This document shows, in pieces, positions 18,351 through 25,759 of a stretch of DNA of 25,759 nt. The DNA is from Candidatus Heimdallarchaeota archaeon. GTDB taxonomy: Archaea; Asgardarchaeota; Heimdallarchaeia; Heimdallarchaeales; Heimdallarchaeaceae. Made by a program: the position numbers and the translations under genes. Position 1 is the stretch's first letter. Every line of letters begins with the position of its first letter. The DNA lies in NCBI GenBank assembly GCA_021399395.1, contig JAAFKJ010000087.1:1-25759 (forward strand), given 5' to 3'. The notes under the pieces are model-generated. The model was given only the letters and a program-made list of their open reading frames with translations. It was not told where the DNA came from and searched no databases.

Positions 18351-19070
18351 TTAATCCTTATTCAGCTTATTTTTCATGAACATGTTAATTGACTCAAAAC
18401 ATGCTTCACTGCTCATGCCTTTAATCTCGCAAGAAAGTTCATAGTAATTCTTTCTATCTCGATGAATTCGAAATACTCCTACCCCATAATTATCTGGAGC
18501 AATCATCAGGGGGTCGATGACTAGAGCTATTGACTTATTCCAAAATGTCTGATATCTACGATGTGTTTGGAAGTCATCACCACTGAGAAATGGTGTATAA
18601 CTTGGATGTGAATGAGCCCAACCTATGATAAAATGTTCGTTATCTTTTTTATTGAATATTTCAGTGAAAATCCTTTGATCTACTATCTCTACACTTACAG
18701 CATCACCTTGGTCAACAGGCCAATAGTCTTCAACATACACCTGTTCTAATGGAGTATCTTCGTGTCGTATTTTACCTGTCAATAGGCCTATAATTTCTAC
18801 CCACTCACTTTTTGGGATTCCCTTGTTAGCATAGGTTAAGGAATGTTTAGCAAGTTTGAGATAGGCTTTAGGATTTATCATTATTTCAGATCTTGTTTGT
18901 ATTTGAAGTGCTTCTTCTGTTATTGATTCAACACTAATGTCCTCTGAACTTTCTACTTGATCTTCAAAGATTTCATCTATTTTATGAAGACCTAGTGCTT
19001 TTTCTATTGCTTCAACTTTTTTCAAAAGAATTTTGTATTCTTCTGGAAGATTGTCTTCTTCTTTTCCCAT
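18351..19070 (-). CDS. JAMM/MPN+ metallo-isopeptidase (Rpn11/CSN5-like)
   Basis: VEIIGLLTG (catalytic Glu), GWAHSHPSYTPFLSGDD (HxH-x7-S-x2-D), ALVIDP; GGTGA SD upstream. Confidence 0.93.
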   Translation of the reverse strand: MGKEEDNLPEEYKILLKKVEAIEKALGLHKIDEIFEDQVESSEDISVESITEEALQIQTRSEIMINPKAYLKLAKHSLTYANKGIPKSEWVEIIGLLTGKIRHEDTPLEQVYVEDYWPVDQGDAVSVEIVDQRIFTEIFNKKDNEHFIIGWAHSHPSYTPFLSGDDFQTHRRYQTFWNKSIALVIDPLMIAPDNYGVGVFRIHRDRKNYYELSCEIKGMSSEACFESINMFMKNKLNKD

Positions 19071-19100
19071 TTTTTAATCACCTAAATTTGTGAAGAGTTT

Positions 19101-19631
19101 TTACCAGAAAGACTTTGCATATTTCTTGCTGATAGTATTTGCTTTTTTAATGAATTTCTTCTTATTATTTAAAAATTCCAAAGCAGCTTCTTTATTGAAA
19201 ACATCCTTTGGATTAACATAAGCTCCATCTATATTGAACATAGCTAGAATTGAGTGTACAACTGTAGTGATATTCTTTGCAGGTGACCATCCATCATGTT
19301 TTCCTATTAACTCATTGTCAACTAGAGCGAGACAAATGTTACGCTTCTTTGGATATTCTTTAGGATTTGGCCAGAAATTAGGATGCCAAATTGGTGTATG
19401 TAGTCTTACAAATGGAGGTTTCATAGGATAATTTGGTCCAAAGAATATCTCCAACTTATATTTTCCTCCAGCATATGGAGTGCCTTTTGGACCTACAAAC
19501 CCGACTGCAAGATGATCCATAGACTTCTTCTTTACAGGAAAAGATTTAACTTGAGCTATTATCCCTTCTTTGTGCAATTTTCTAAGTGCATCATAGTCTT
19601 TTATTACGCGCTGTTTTCGCATTATTGCCAC
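19101..19631 (-). CDS. Ubiquitin-conjugating enzyme E2 (UBC fold)
   Basis: GPKGTPYAGGKYKLEIFFGPNYPMKPP, TPIWHPN, catalytic ICL, WSPA, NKEAA. Confidence 0.95.
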   Translation of the reverse strand: MAIMRKQRVIKDYDALRKLHKEGIIAQVKSFPVKKKSMDHLAVGFVGPKGTPYAGGKYKLEIFFGPNYPMKPPFVRLHTPIWHPNFWPNPKEYPKKRNICLALVDNELIGKHDGWSPAKNITTVVHSILAMFNIDGAYVNPKDVFNKEAALEFLNNKKKFIKKANTISKKYAKSFW

Positions 19632-19777
19632 CGTTTATTTTATCAAAATCAATTCGGTTTGAACCCAGAATCAACAAGTATTTGTTCGAGGATTAATACT
19701 TAAACTTTCTTTTAAAGGTATACAAATTCAATTATAGCATTCATCTTCCTTAGTATTAGATAAAAGATAATAAAGGG

Positions 19778-20347
19778 TTAGTAAAGCTGCCATAATACAT
19801 ATTGTTCTGAACCTAGTTGAAGTAAAAATCTTTGCTCCAAAGATGCTTCTTCTATAATAGCAAATTCTTTTTCAGAAGGTCTCATCCCTAGATAGAACAG
19901 TTTTTCATATGGCCAGTCATTCTTGAACCATTTAATCAGCTGTTCTAGTATTTTGATGAAATACCCTTGATTCCATCCAGTTGGTGTAATCCAGAAAGAG
20001 ATAGCAGCATCATTATCTACCAACTCTAGATGATCACACATTCTATCATTGAAAAATGCGAATTTAAGAAATGGTGAGATAGGTTTTACAAATATACAAC
20101 CATAACATACTGTTTCTTCTTCATCTAAAATGGTATAAGCAAATTCTATTCTGTTATTGTGATCTAGTTCATGTTTAGCTATTTGTTCCAAGTTTACCTC
20201 TTCAGGAAAACCTTCTGGTCTGAAACCACTTTCAATCGCAGCTTGATAATCTAGCTCATTATCTGTACTTCGAAGTTGTCTTATCTTAATACCATTGAAA
20301 ACTAACTCTTTTGGTACTTTTTTATCTTCAGGGAAGAACGAGTTCAT
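19778..20347 (-). CDS. GNAT-like N-acetyltransferase (RimJ/RimL-like)
   Basis: IRQLRSTDNELDY, FAYTILD...YGCIFVKP, ISFWI, WFKNDWPY pattern. Confidence 0.6.
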   Translation of the reverse strand: MNSFFPEDKKVPKELVFNGIKIRQLRSTDNELDYQAAIESGFRPEGFPEEVNLEQIAKHELDHNNRIEFAYTILDEEETVCYGCIFVKPISPFLKFAFFNDRMCDHLELVDNDAAISFWITPTGWNQGYFIKILEQLIKWFKNDWPYEKLFYLGMRPSEKEFAIIEEASLEQRFLLQLGSEQYVLWQLY

Positions 20348-20492
20348 GGTCTGATACTTTTTCCAACCCTTATAAGTGGTTTCTTGTACATTTTTTGGTG
20401 TTTAAATAAGCCAGTGTAGAATATATGTTGAAGGATTGTAGCTATGCACCAACTTCATGGTGATTCTCGGGGTTACATCCAACGAACAGTAA

Positions 20493-20555
20493 CAAGCGAC
20501 CCGTAAGCATCTTGCAAGAAGATGTGGGCGGTGTAGGAAGGGATGTGACGTCCCT
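20493..20555 (+). repeat. Structured intergenic element copy B (candidate ncRNA or REP/MITE-like repeat)
   Basis: CAAGCGACCCG-[CATCTT/AAGATG hairpin]-GGGCGGTGTAGGA-[AGGGATG/CGTCCCT hairpin]; homologous to 17039-17104. Confidence 0.65.
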
Positions 20556-20701
20556 ATGATGTGTCCTAGACACTTCTAAAGAATTTGTACAAAATTCATG
20601 TCATAAACATTAACAAATCAGTATATTGAACTGTCTAAATGTGAGATGTCTCAATTCCTCTGAAGATAGATTTAATTAGTCAATTCCATAGAATCTAACC
20701 G

Positions 20702-21478
20702 ATGGAAATCATTGACGCTCATGCCAATATACTTTCTTCTCCAGATTACGTTCTTGAACTAATGACTGAGATGAATAGGTTGGAAATTTCCAAAGCTTGT
20801 ATAAGCGGTTTGGGTTCAATGTTCAATTCTGTAAGCAACAAAGAAATTCTCAAAATTGTCGATGATTTTTCTCCCAGATTTGTTGGTGCTTATTTTGTTC
20901 GACCTGGAGTAACTAATGTCATGGAGATACAAGATGCCCATTCCTTAGGCTTTCGGATGCTCAAAGTAGCTATTCCAAAGAAACCTTACAATGATCAAGC
21001 TTTCCTTCCACTCTGGGGAGCTGCTCAAAGATTAAATATGCCGATCCTTTTTCATACTGGCCTAATAACTGTTGCAGAAGCTTCCCCAAAAGATATGATT
21101 TTATCATTAGATATGCATCCTCTAAGAATCGAACCAATAGCTAATTCCTTCCCAGATCTAAACATCATTCTTTCTCAACTTGGCGGTCATTGGAACAGAG
21201 ATGCAGCTGAACTCGCCCGGATGAGGGCTAATGTATATGTTGATCTAACTGGAGAACAAGATGGTTGGCGTCAAAGGATAGATGTAGAGGGATTAGAGAA
21301 GTATCTTTATTGGCCAAATGCTTTCCAAGATTTAGTTTTTGGTACGAATACTGAACCATCACAAATTGAACAGATTCTCAGCGAAGATAGAAATAGATAT
21401 ACTAAACTTAATCTTGATGAAAATACTAAGGAAATGATATTCTCGGGAAATATTAAGAAAATGCTTGGAATACATTAA
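20702..21478 (+). CDS. Amidohydrolase_2-family TIM-barrel protein with degenerate metal ligands
   Basis: IIDAHAN, PILFHTG, FPDLNIILSQLGG, NVYVDLT, LVFGTN, IFSGNIKKMLG. Confidence 0.85.
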   Translation: MEIIDAHANILSSPDYVLELMTEMNRLEISKACISGLGSMFNSVSNKEILKIVDDFSPRFVGAYFVRPGVTNVMEIQDAHSLGFRMLKVAIPKKPYNDQAFLPLWGAAQRLNMPILFHTGLITVAEASPKDMILSLDMHPLRIEPIANSFPDLNIILSQLGGHWNRDAAELARMRANVYVDLTGEQDGWRQRIDVEGLEKYLYWPNAFQDLVFGTNTEPSQIEQILSEDRNRYTKLNLDENTKEMIFSGNIKKMLGIH

Positions 21479-21544
21479 ATTCACTTTCAAAGTAGGGGTA
21501 ATATTTTCTCTGTTTTTATATCCAAATGTCATTAAATCTACATC

Positions 21545-21763
21545 ATGATTAACGAACTCTCTGTATCTCAGTTTGGTATTGCGGAATGTAGTGTCGATGG
21601 TGAAGAATGGATGGATATAACTGAAATAGCAACTCTATGTGCTATTAATGATCACTATTGTTCCAAAGACCATGATTCAGTTCTATCACATTACAACAGA
21701 GGTGGAATTGTACCTGTAGAATTTGTACTTTACAGAAAAAAGGATAGAGCTAGACTAATATGA
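21545..21763 (+). CDS. Small hypothetical protein
   Basis: 72-aa ORF with Cys/His residues filling the gap between the amidohydrolase and the convergent gene. Confidence 0.55.
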   Translation: MINELSVSQFGIAECSVDGEEWMDITEIATLCAINDHYCSKDHDSVLSHYNRGGIVPVEFVLYRKKDRARLI

Positions 21764-21765
21764 AA

Positions 21766-22413
21766 TCAGTTCTTTTTCTCTTCTTCAAATTCATATCCAC
21801 TCTCTTTCCAAGCTTCATACATCTCGGGATTCTTTTTTAGAAACTCATCTCTAATTTCCTTCGGTACGCGATTAAGTATGCAAGAGAAGTTTATACAATC
21901 TGTACAAACTTTCCACTGAATAACAATATACCATAAAACCACACCAAAAACTAGCAAACCTAGAAGTACCCATTTCTGACCAATAATCAAAAACACAAAA
22001 GGAATAATGAACATGATATTCGCCCCAAGTAAAAATTGAATTTTCTTCCATATTCCTGCTGGTCCTGGATTGAATTTGAATTTTATTGGAAGACCATAGT
22101 TAATTGAACAATGTAATGTTTTTGAATTTCCTTCAGCATAATAAGGACAATGAGAGCAAAGAATAGGTGGTTCCCAGATCAAGAAGAAGAAAAGCATATA
22201 TCCAATCAGAACAAGGGTTGAAATCAAATTTAGTGGATAACTGAGTAGAATAAGCCCCACAAAGGCAGGAACAAAACCTATCAAGAATGGTATTGCGAAA
22301 ATAATTGTATATTTCTTATCAAAATGACAATGTAATCGTCCTTCAAGATTACAATCTTTACAACTTTCTTCATCTTCCCAAGTACAAATGCAATGGGGAT
22401 TTTTCTCACTCAT
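21766..22413 (-). CDS. Cys-rich four-TM membrane protein (possible metal binding)
   Basis: CIC...CKDC...HC, CSHCPYY...HC and CTDCINFSC clusters around four hydrophobic segments. Confidence 0.75.
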   Translation of the reverse strand: MSEKNPHCICTWEDEESCKDCNLEGRLHCHFDKKYTIIFAIPFLIGFVPAFVGLILLSYPLNLISTLVLIGYMLFFFLIWEPPILCSHCPYYAEGNSKTLHCSINYGLPIKFKFNPGPAGIWKKIQFLLGANIMFIIPFVFLIIGQKWVLLGLLVFGVVLWYIVIQWKVCTDCINFSCILNRVPKEIRDEFLKKNPEMYEAWKESGYEFEEEKKN

Positions 22414-22436
22414 TTGGTTATTAGTCTAAACTATTG

Positions 22437-23729
22437 TTATAAGACTTTTGCACTTTCTAGCTTATCTTTTCTTAATCTATTATAGATATAAAAAACAATA
22501 ATAACAGACAATGCAACCAAAGTGAAAATGAAAGAAGCTATCAGCATTGCGAAAATTCCTTCTGTGAAATTATCTGCAATAATACCTAAAACTAGAATTC
22601 CACCTACATAACCACTTGTTCCAATCGCATTCATAACACCAAAAGCTGTAGCTCTTCTCTCTGGAGGGGTATAATTCGAAATTATAGTCTGGAACGTCAC
22701 ACTGTACACTGGATACATTGGTATACTATAGATAAGGAGAAACATTAACCAATTCAATGGAAACATCATCATAAAGAAGTACATTACAGCTGACCAGATT
22801 GCGAATATTACCATAATTAAAATGTTTGTACTGTGTTTTTTCACTCTACCCAGTAGAATCGATAATGGTACGGCAAGTGCAGTTTTCAAAATCAAGTAAA
22901 GCGCATAATATGATTTTTTAATTTTGAGAATGCTTAAGAAATAGATAGAAGTATATGCCCAAAAACCTCCTGTAATCTGCCAAGTAAAAACTACGACCAT
23001 TAGAATACCAAAAAGGACTGGAAGAAATGTCAGAGGTTTTCTTTCTTTTACAATTGAGGGAACTGGTTCGCTCACTACTGGTTCGCTCATTACTGGTTTT
23101 TTCTCTTTAATGAATAAAGCAAAGATAATAGAAATTGTACAAAGAACTACAGCTAGAATAAGTTGTATCTTCATTGCCACTAGAGGTGTGTCTTCATAAC
23201 TATCACCAATCCAACCAACAAATGGGCTCAAAATCACCCAAGAAAGACTTATAGTTGCAATCATCTTTGCAAAAACCACTGTTCTCGGTTTATTTATAAT
23301 CTTGGCACCCAAAGCGTAGAAATTGGAAGATTGAGCTGCTCCAAAAATAGTTCCTACTAATACTGCAACTAGGAAATAAGTTGCATTGGTAGTAAATATC
23401 AAACTTAGAAAGAGAATAAAGTATGAACCCAAACCAAGCATAACAAATCTCTTAATTCCATACTTATCTGCAAAATGCCCCCAAAAAGCTGTTCCAACTG
23501 CAACCGCAATACTTGGGATAACAACTACTAGACCAGTAATGAAGTAAGAATCTATACTAAAAAGTTCTTGCAACCAGAAAGGAGCATAGGGTTCATAATT
23601 TGCAAAAGCAGCCCCCATAAAGAAGAAACTGATCAGAAGAAAAACTTCGTTCCTTTCAAAATTTAACCAATTGCTTGAAAGAATTTTATGTTTGAAGGAA
23701 CTCGGTTGCTTGGGTTGCATTAGTATCAA
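22437..23729 (-). CDS. MFS transporter
   Basis: About 12 TM segments; motif A WGHFADKYGIKR; PPERRATAFG in the C-terminal half. Confidence 0.92.
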   Translation of the reverse strand: MILMQPKQPSSFKHKILSSNWLNFERNEVFLLISFFFMGAAFANYEPYAPFWLQELFSIDSYFITGLVVVIPSIAVAVGTAFWGHFADKYGIKRFVMLGLGSYFILFLSLIFTTNATYFLVAVLVGTIFGAAQSSNFYALGAKIINKPRTVVFAKMIATISLSWVILSPFVGWIGDSYEDTPLVAMKIQLILAVVLCTISIIFALFIKEKKPVMSEPVVSEPVPSIVKERKPLTFLPVLFGILMVVVFTWQITGGFWAYTSIYFLSILKIKKSYYALYLILKTALAVPLSILLGRVKKHSTNILIMVIFAIWSAVMYFFMMMFPLNWLMFLLIYSIPMYPVYSVTFQTIISNYTPPERRATAFGVMNAIGTSGYVGGILVLGIIADNFTEGIFAMLIASFIFTLVALSVIIVFYIYNRLRKDKLESAKVL

Positions 23730-23780
23730 TCAAGATAGATTTTATGAAATAGAAAAGTAGTTATTTAATAGCTTTGCGTT

Positions 23781-24332
23781 CTAGATTTTGTGGATATTAT
23801 TCCAAACATAACCTATTACTTCATGATCCTTACAATCTCTCTGATCAATCATTGATTCCTTAGCTTTTCCACCCATTTTTTCATAAAACAAGCATGCTGG
23901 ATTTTCTTTTAAAACCCAAATAATCATTGACTTATGCTCAAATGTTTTTAGGAATTTTAACATTTGGTAAAATAACCTTGTACCTATTCCTTGTCCCTGA
24001 TATTCCTGGAGGATGTAAAATGCATACATCTCACAATCGTAATTTTGTTCTTTGTGAAAAATTTCTCCACCATTAACATAGCCTACTATCTTCCCCATGT
24101 TATTTTCAGCAACCAGAAAATTTCTTGTAGGATTTTCTTCAGAATCTTCTTCAAAACCTCTCCAATTCTCCCTAATATGTGGGATTCTTTTCTCAGGTGA
24201 TCTTTGTTGAATCAGTTCATCTGGAAAAATCCCGGTATACGTTGTAATCCAAGAATTATATCCGACATAAGCGATGCCTTCGATATCAGAATATCTTGCT
24301 TGTCTAATAGCTATTTTAGTATCAATTTTCAA
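23781..24332 (-). CDS. GNAT family N-acetyltransferase
   Basis: IRQA, YILQEYQGQGIGTRL acetyl-CoA motif, WVLKENPACLFYEKMGG. Confidence 0.92.
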   Translation of the reverse strand: MKIDTKIAIRQARYSDIEGIAYVGYNSWITTYTGIFPDELIQQRSPEKRIPHIRENWRGFEEDSEENPTRNFLVAENNMGKIVGYVNGGEIFHKEQNYDCEMYAFYILQEYQGQGIGTRLFYQMLKFLKTFEHKSMIIWVLKENPACLFYEKMGGKAKESMIDQRDCKDHEVIGYVWNNIHKI

Positions 24333-24837
24333 TTTCCTTACTCCAAGCTATTTCAACTAAATCTAGTCCATCTACATAATCAACTTTATCTTTTATAATC
24401 TTAAAACCATGTTTCTTATAAAACTTCAATGGGCTTGGATATATCGATCCATCTTCCCTCTCATATCCATCAGCTGGAGTACACCATCCGTGCAGCTTAT
24501 CATAGTATTCTTTTGCTTTGTCTACTAAAACAGCACCTATTCCTTTTCTTTGATAGTTCCTATCTATCACCATCGATAACCATGGAACGAAGTCTTCTTT
24601 CTCACTTTGTCTTACAATTCCTATCCCAACAAGTTTAGTATCATTTGATGTTATCACTCTTGCAGTAAAAATCTTTATACTATCATCTAAAGTTAGAAGT
24701 CTTCTTTTAGCATATTCAATCGTTGCTCTATCAATTGCAGTCGGAAACTCTGAATTAAACATATTTTGATAGATTTTACAATCGTTTTCGCTAATATATG
24801 AGTAATCCTCAACAGAATAAGCTATTCGTTCGCCCAT
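24322..24837 (-). CDS. GNAT family N-acetyltransferase
   Basis: IDRNYQRKGIGAVL and FYKKHGF motifs; overlaps the next GNAT by 11 nt. Confidence 0.9.
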   Translation of the reverse strand: MGERIAYSVEDYSYISENDCKIYQNMFNSEFPTAIDRATIEYAKRRLLTLDDSIKIFTARVITSNDTKLVGIGIVRQSEKEDFVPWLSMVIDRNYQRKGIGAVLVDKAKEYYDKLHGWCTPADGYEREDGSIYPSPLKFYKKHGFKIIKDKVDYVDGLDLVEIAWSKEIEN

Positions 24838-24929
24838 CTAGTGGACAACACATTCTAGAATTTTAAGCTTTACTGAAAAATTTGTGTTCTCACTAGCAGA
24901 TTTTTATATCTATATCACAAATGCGTTTT

Positions 24930-25759
24930 ATGGATTATGATGTAATAGTTGCTGGAGGAGGAATCGCAGGTTCTACTGCTGCAAGATTTTTAGCTAATTC
25001 TGGAATGAAAATACTTTTTGTTGAAAGGCATAAGACTCCAAGAAATAAACCTTGCTCTGGAATTCAATTTGATTACTTTGAGAAGATTTTAGGAGTGAAA
25101 ATCCCTAAAGAAAGACTGTGTAACATCGAACTGACCAAGATTGAGATGTACTTACCTGATGGAAGTTCATTTGGGGCTCCCTTCAAGATGCTCAATTTCA
25201 TGCGCAAACCTTTCGATGATTGGTTGAATATTATTGCACAAGATGCAGGAGCAGAATTCATTGATGAATGTGTATGTCAAAGTGTTGAACAGAAAAAGGG
25301 CCATAACATTGTAACCTTAGTTAAACCGAAGGAAAAGAAGGAGTTCAAACTCAAAACTAAATATTTGATCGATGCTACTGGTCTTCGTCCTAAAATTAGA
25401 AATCAAATTCGTCCTCAAGATTTCTCCACAGATTTCGAAGGGGGAACTCTAAATTACTATATTGACGGTGAAGCAGATTTAGATCCAGAAACCTTATACC
25501 AATTCTGGAATTTAGAATGGAACAATTACATTTTTGCATGGATATACATCAAGACTCTGGATGACGGTAAGGATTACTGGGTTGTAGGGACAGGAGGTAA
25601 CAATGTAGATGTACAAGAAATGCAAGATTCTTTCTACAATGCAATGAAAGAGAAGTTCAACATCAATGGTAATATTGTCAAGAAAGAAGGATATAAAACC
25701 TCAATGGATTTGCACTCAAAAGATTGTGTCTGGCTAGGAGAGAATCGTATCTTAATGGC
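24930..25759 (+). CDS. Geranylgeranyl reductase-family FAD-dependent oxidoreductase (runs off the right edge)
   Basis: Not in the ORF track. MDYDVIVAGGGIAGSTAARFLANSGMKILFVERHKTPRNKPCSG...RKPFDDWL...AGAE...LIDATG; alternative in-frame ATG at 24921. Confidence 0.88.
   Translation, partial: MDYDVIVAGGGIAGSTAARFLANSGMKILFVERHKTPRNKPCSGIQFDYFEKILGVKIPKERLCNIELTKIEMYLPDGSSFGAPFKMLNFMRKPFDDWLNIIAQDAGAEFIDECVCQSVEQKKGHNIVTLVKPKEKKEFKLKTKYLIDATGLRPKIRNQIRPQDFSTDFEGGTLNYYIDGEADLDPETLYQFWNLEWNNYIFAWIYIKTLDDGKDYWVVGTGGNNVDVQEMQDSFYNAMKEKFNINGNIVKKEGYKTSMDLHSKDCVWLGENRILM

Noticed and set aside
13504-19631. Interpreting the locus as a sulfur-carrier (ThiS/MoaD/SAMP) system or as CBASS/Bil-type antiviral defence
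   Set aside because: A true UBC E2, RING and Rpn11/CSN5-like JAMM argue against sulfur transfer; no CD-NTase, E1-E2 fusion or effector is visible. A defence role cannot be strictly excluded.
17039-20555. Interpreting the two structured elements as CRISPR repeats, tRNAs or ends of a composite transposon
   Set aside because: Only two diverged copies 3.4 kb apart, no spacer periodicity, no cloverleaf or T-loop, no transposase and no target-site duplication seen.
23991-25261. ORFs 23991..24200, 24204..24398, 24429..24638 and 25073..25261
   Set aside because: Antisense to the GNAT and geranylgeranyl-reductase-family genes.

Overview
AT-rich archaeal DNA whose gene content points to an Asgard archaeon (inferred from eukaryote-like ubiquitin enzymes and longin-like domains, not from a marker gene). 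The centrepiece (13504-19631, mostly minus strand) is a compact ubiquitin-like conjugation locus: an E2, a JAMM/MPN+ isopeptidase, a multi-pass membrane RING-variant E3, an adjacent RING-less paralogue of the same membrane domain, an atypical ubiquitin-like protein (acidic N-terminal arm, C-terminal Ala-Gly instead of Gly-Gly) and a UBA3/UBA2-like E1. A divergently oriented Lys-rich disordered protein sits inside the locus. Two diverged copies of a ~65-nt element with compensatory base changes lie at 17039-17104 and 20493-20555. The left end holds tandem large surface-protein paralogues, one with a cytoplasmic longin-like plus winged-helix-like module that also occurs twice as stand-alone genes. 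The rest is accessory: SAM methyltransferase, SDR with an extra N-terminal domain, beta-helix surface protein, two duplicated cold-shock genes, DinB, ATC-hydrolase-like protein, Zn-ribbon protein, three GNATs, a degenerate amidohydrolase, an MFS transporter and a truncated geranylgeranyl-reductase-family gene. All assignments come from reading motifs by eye; no searches were run.
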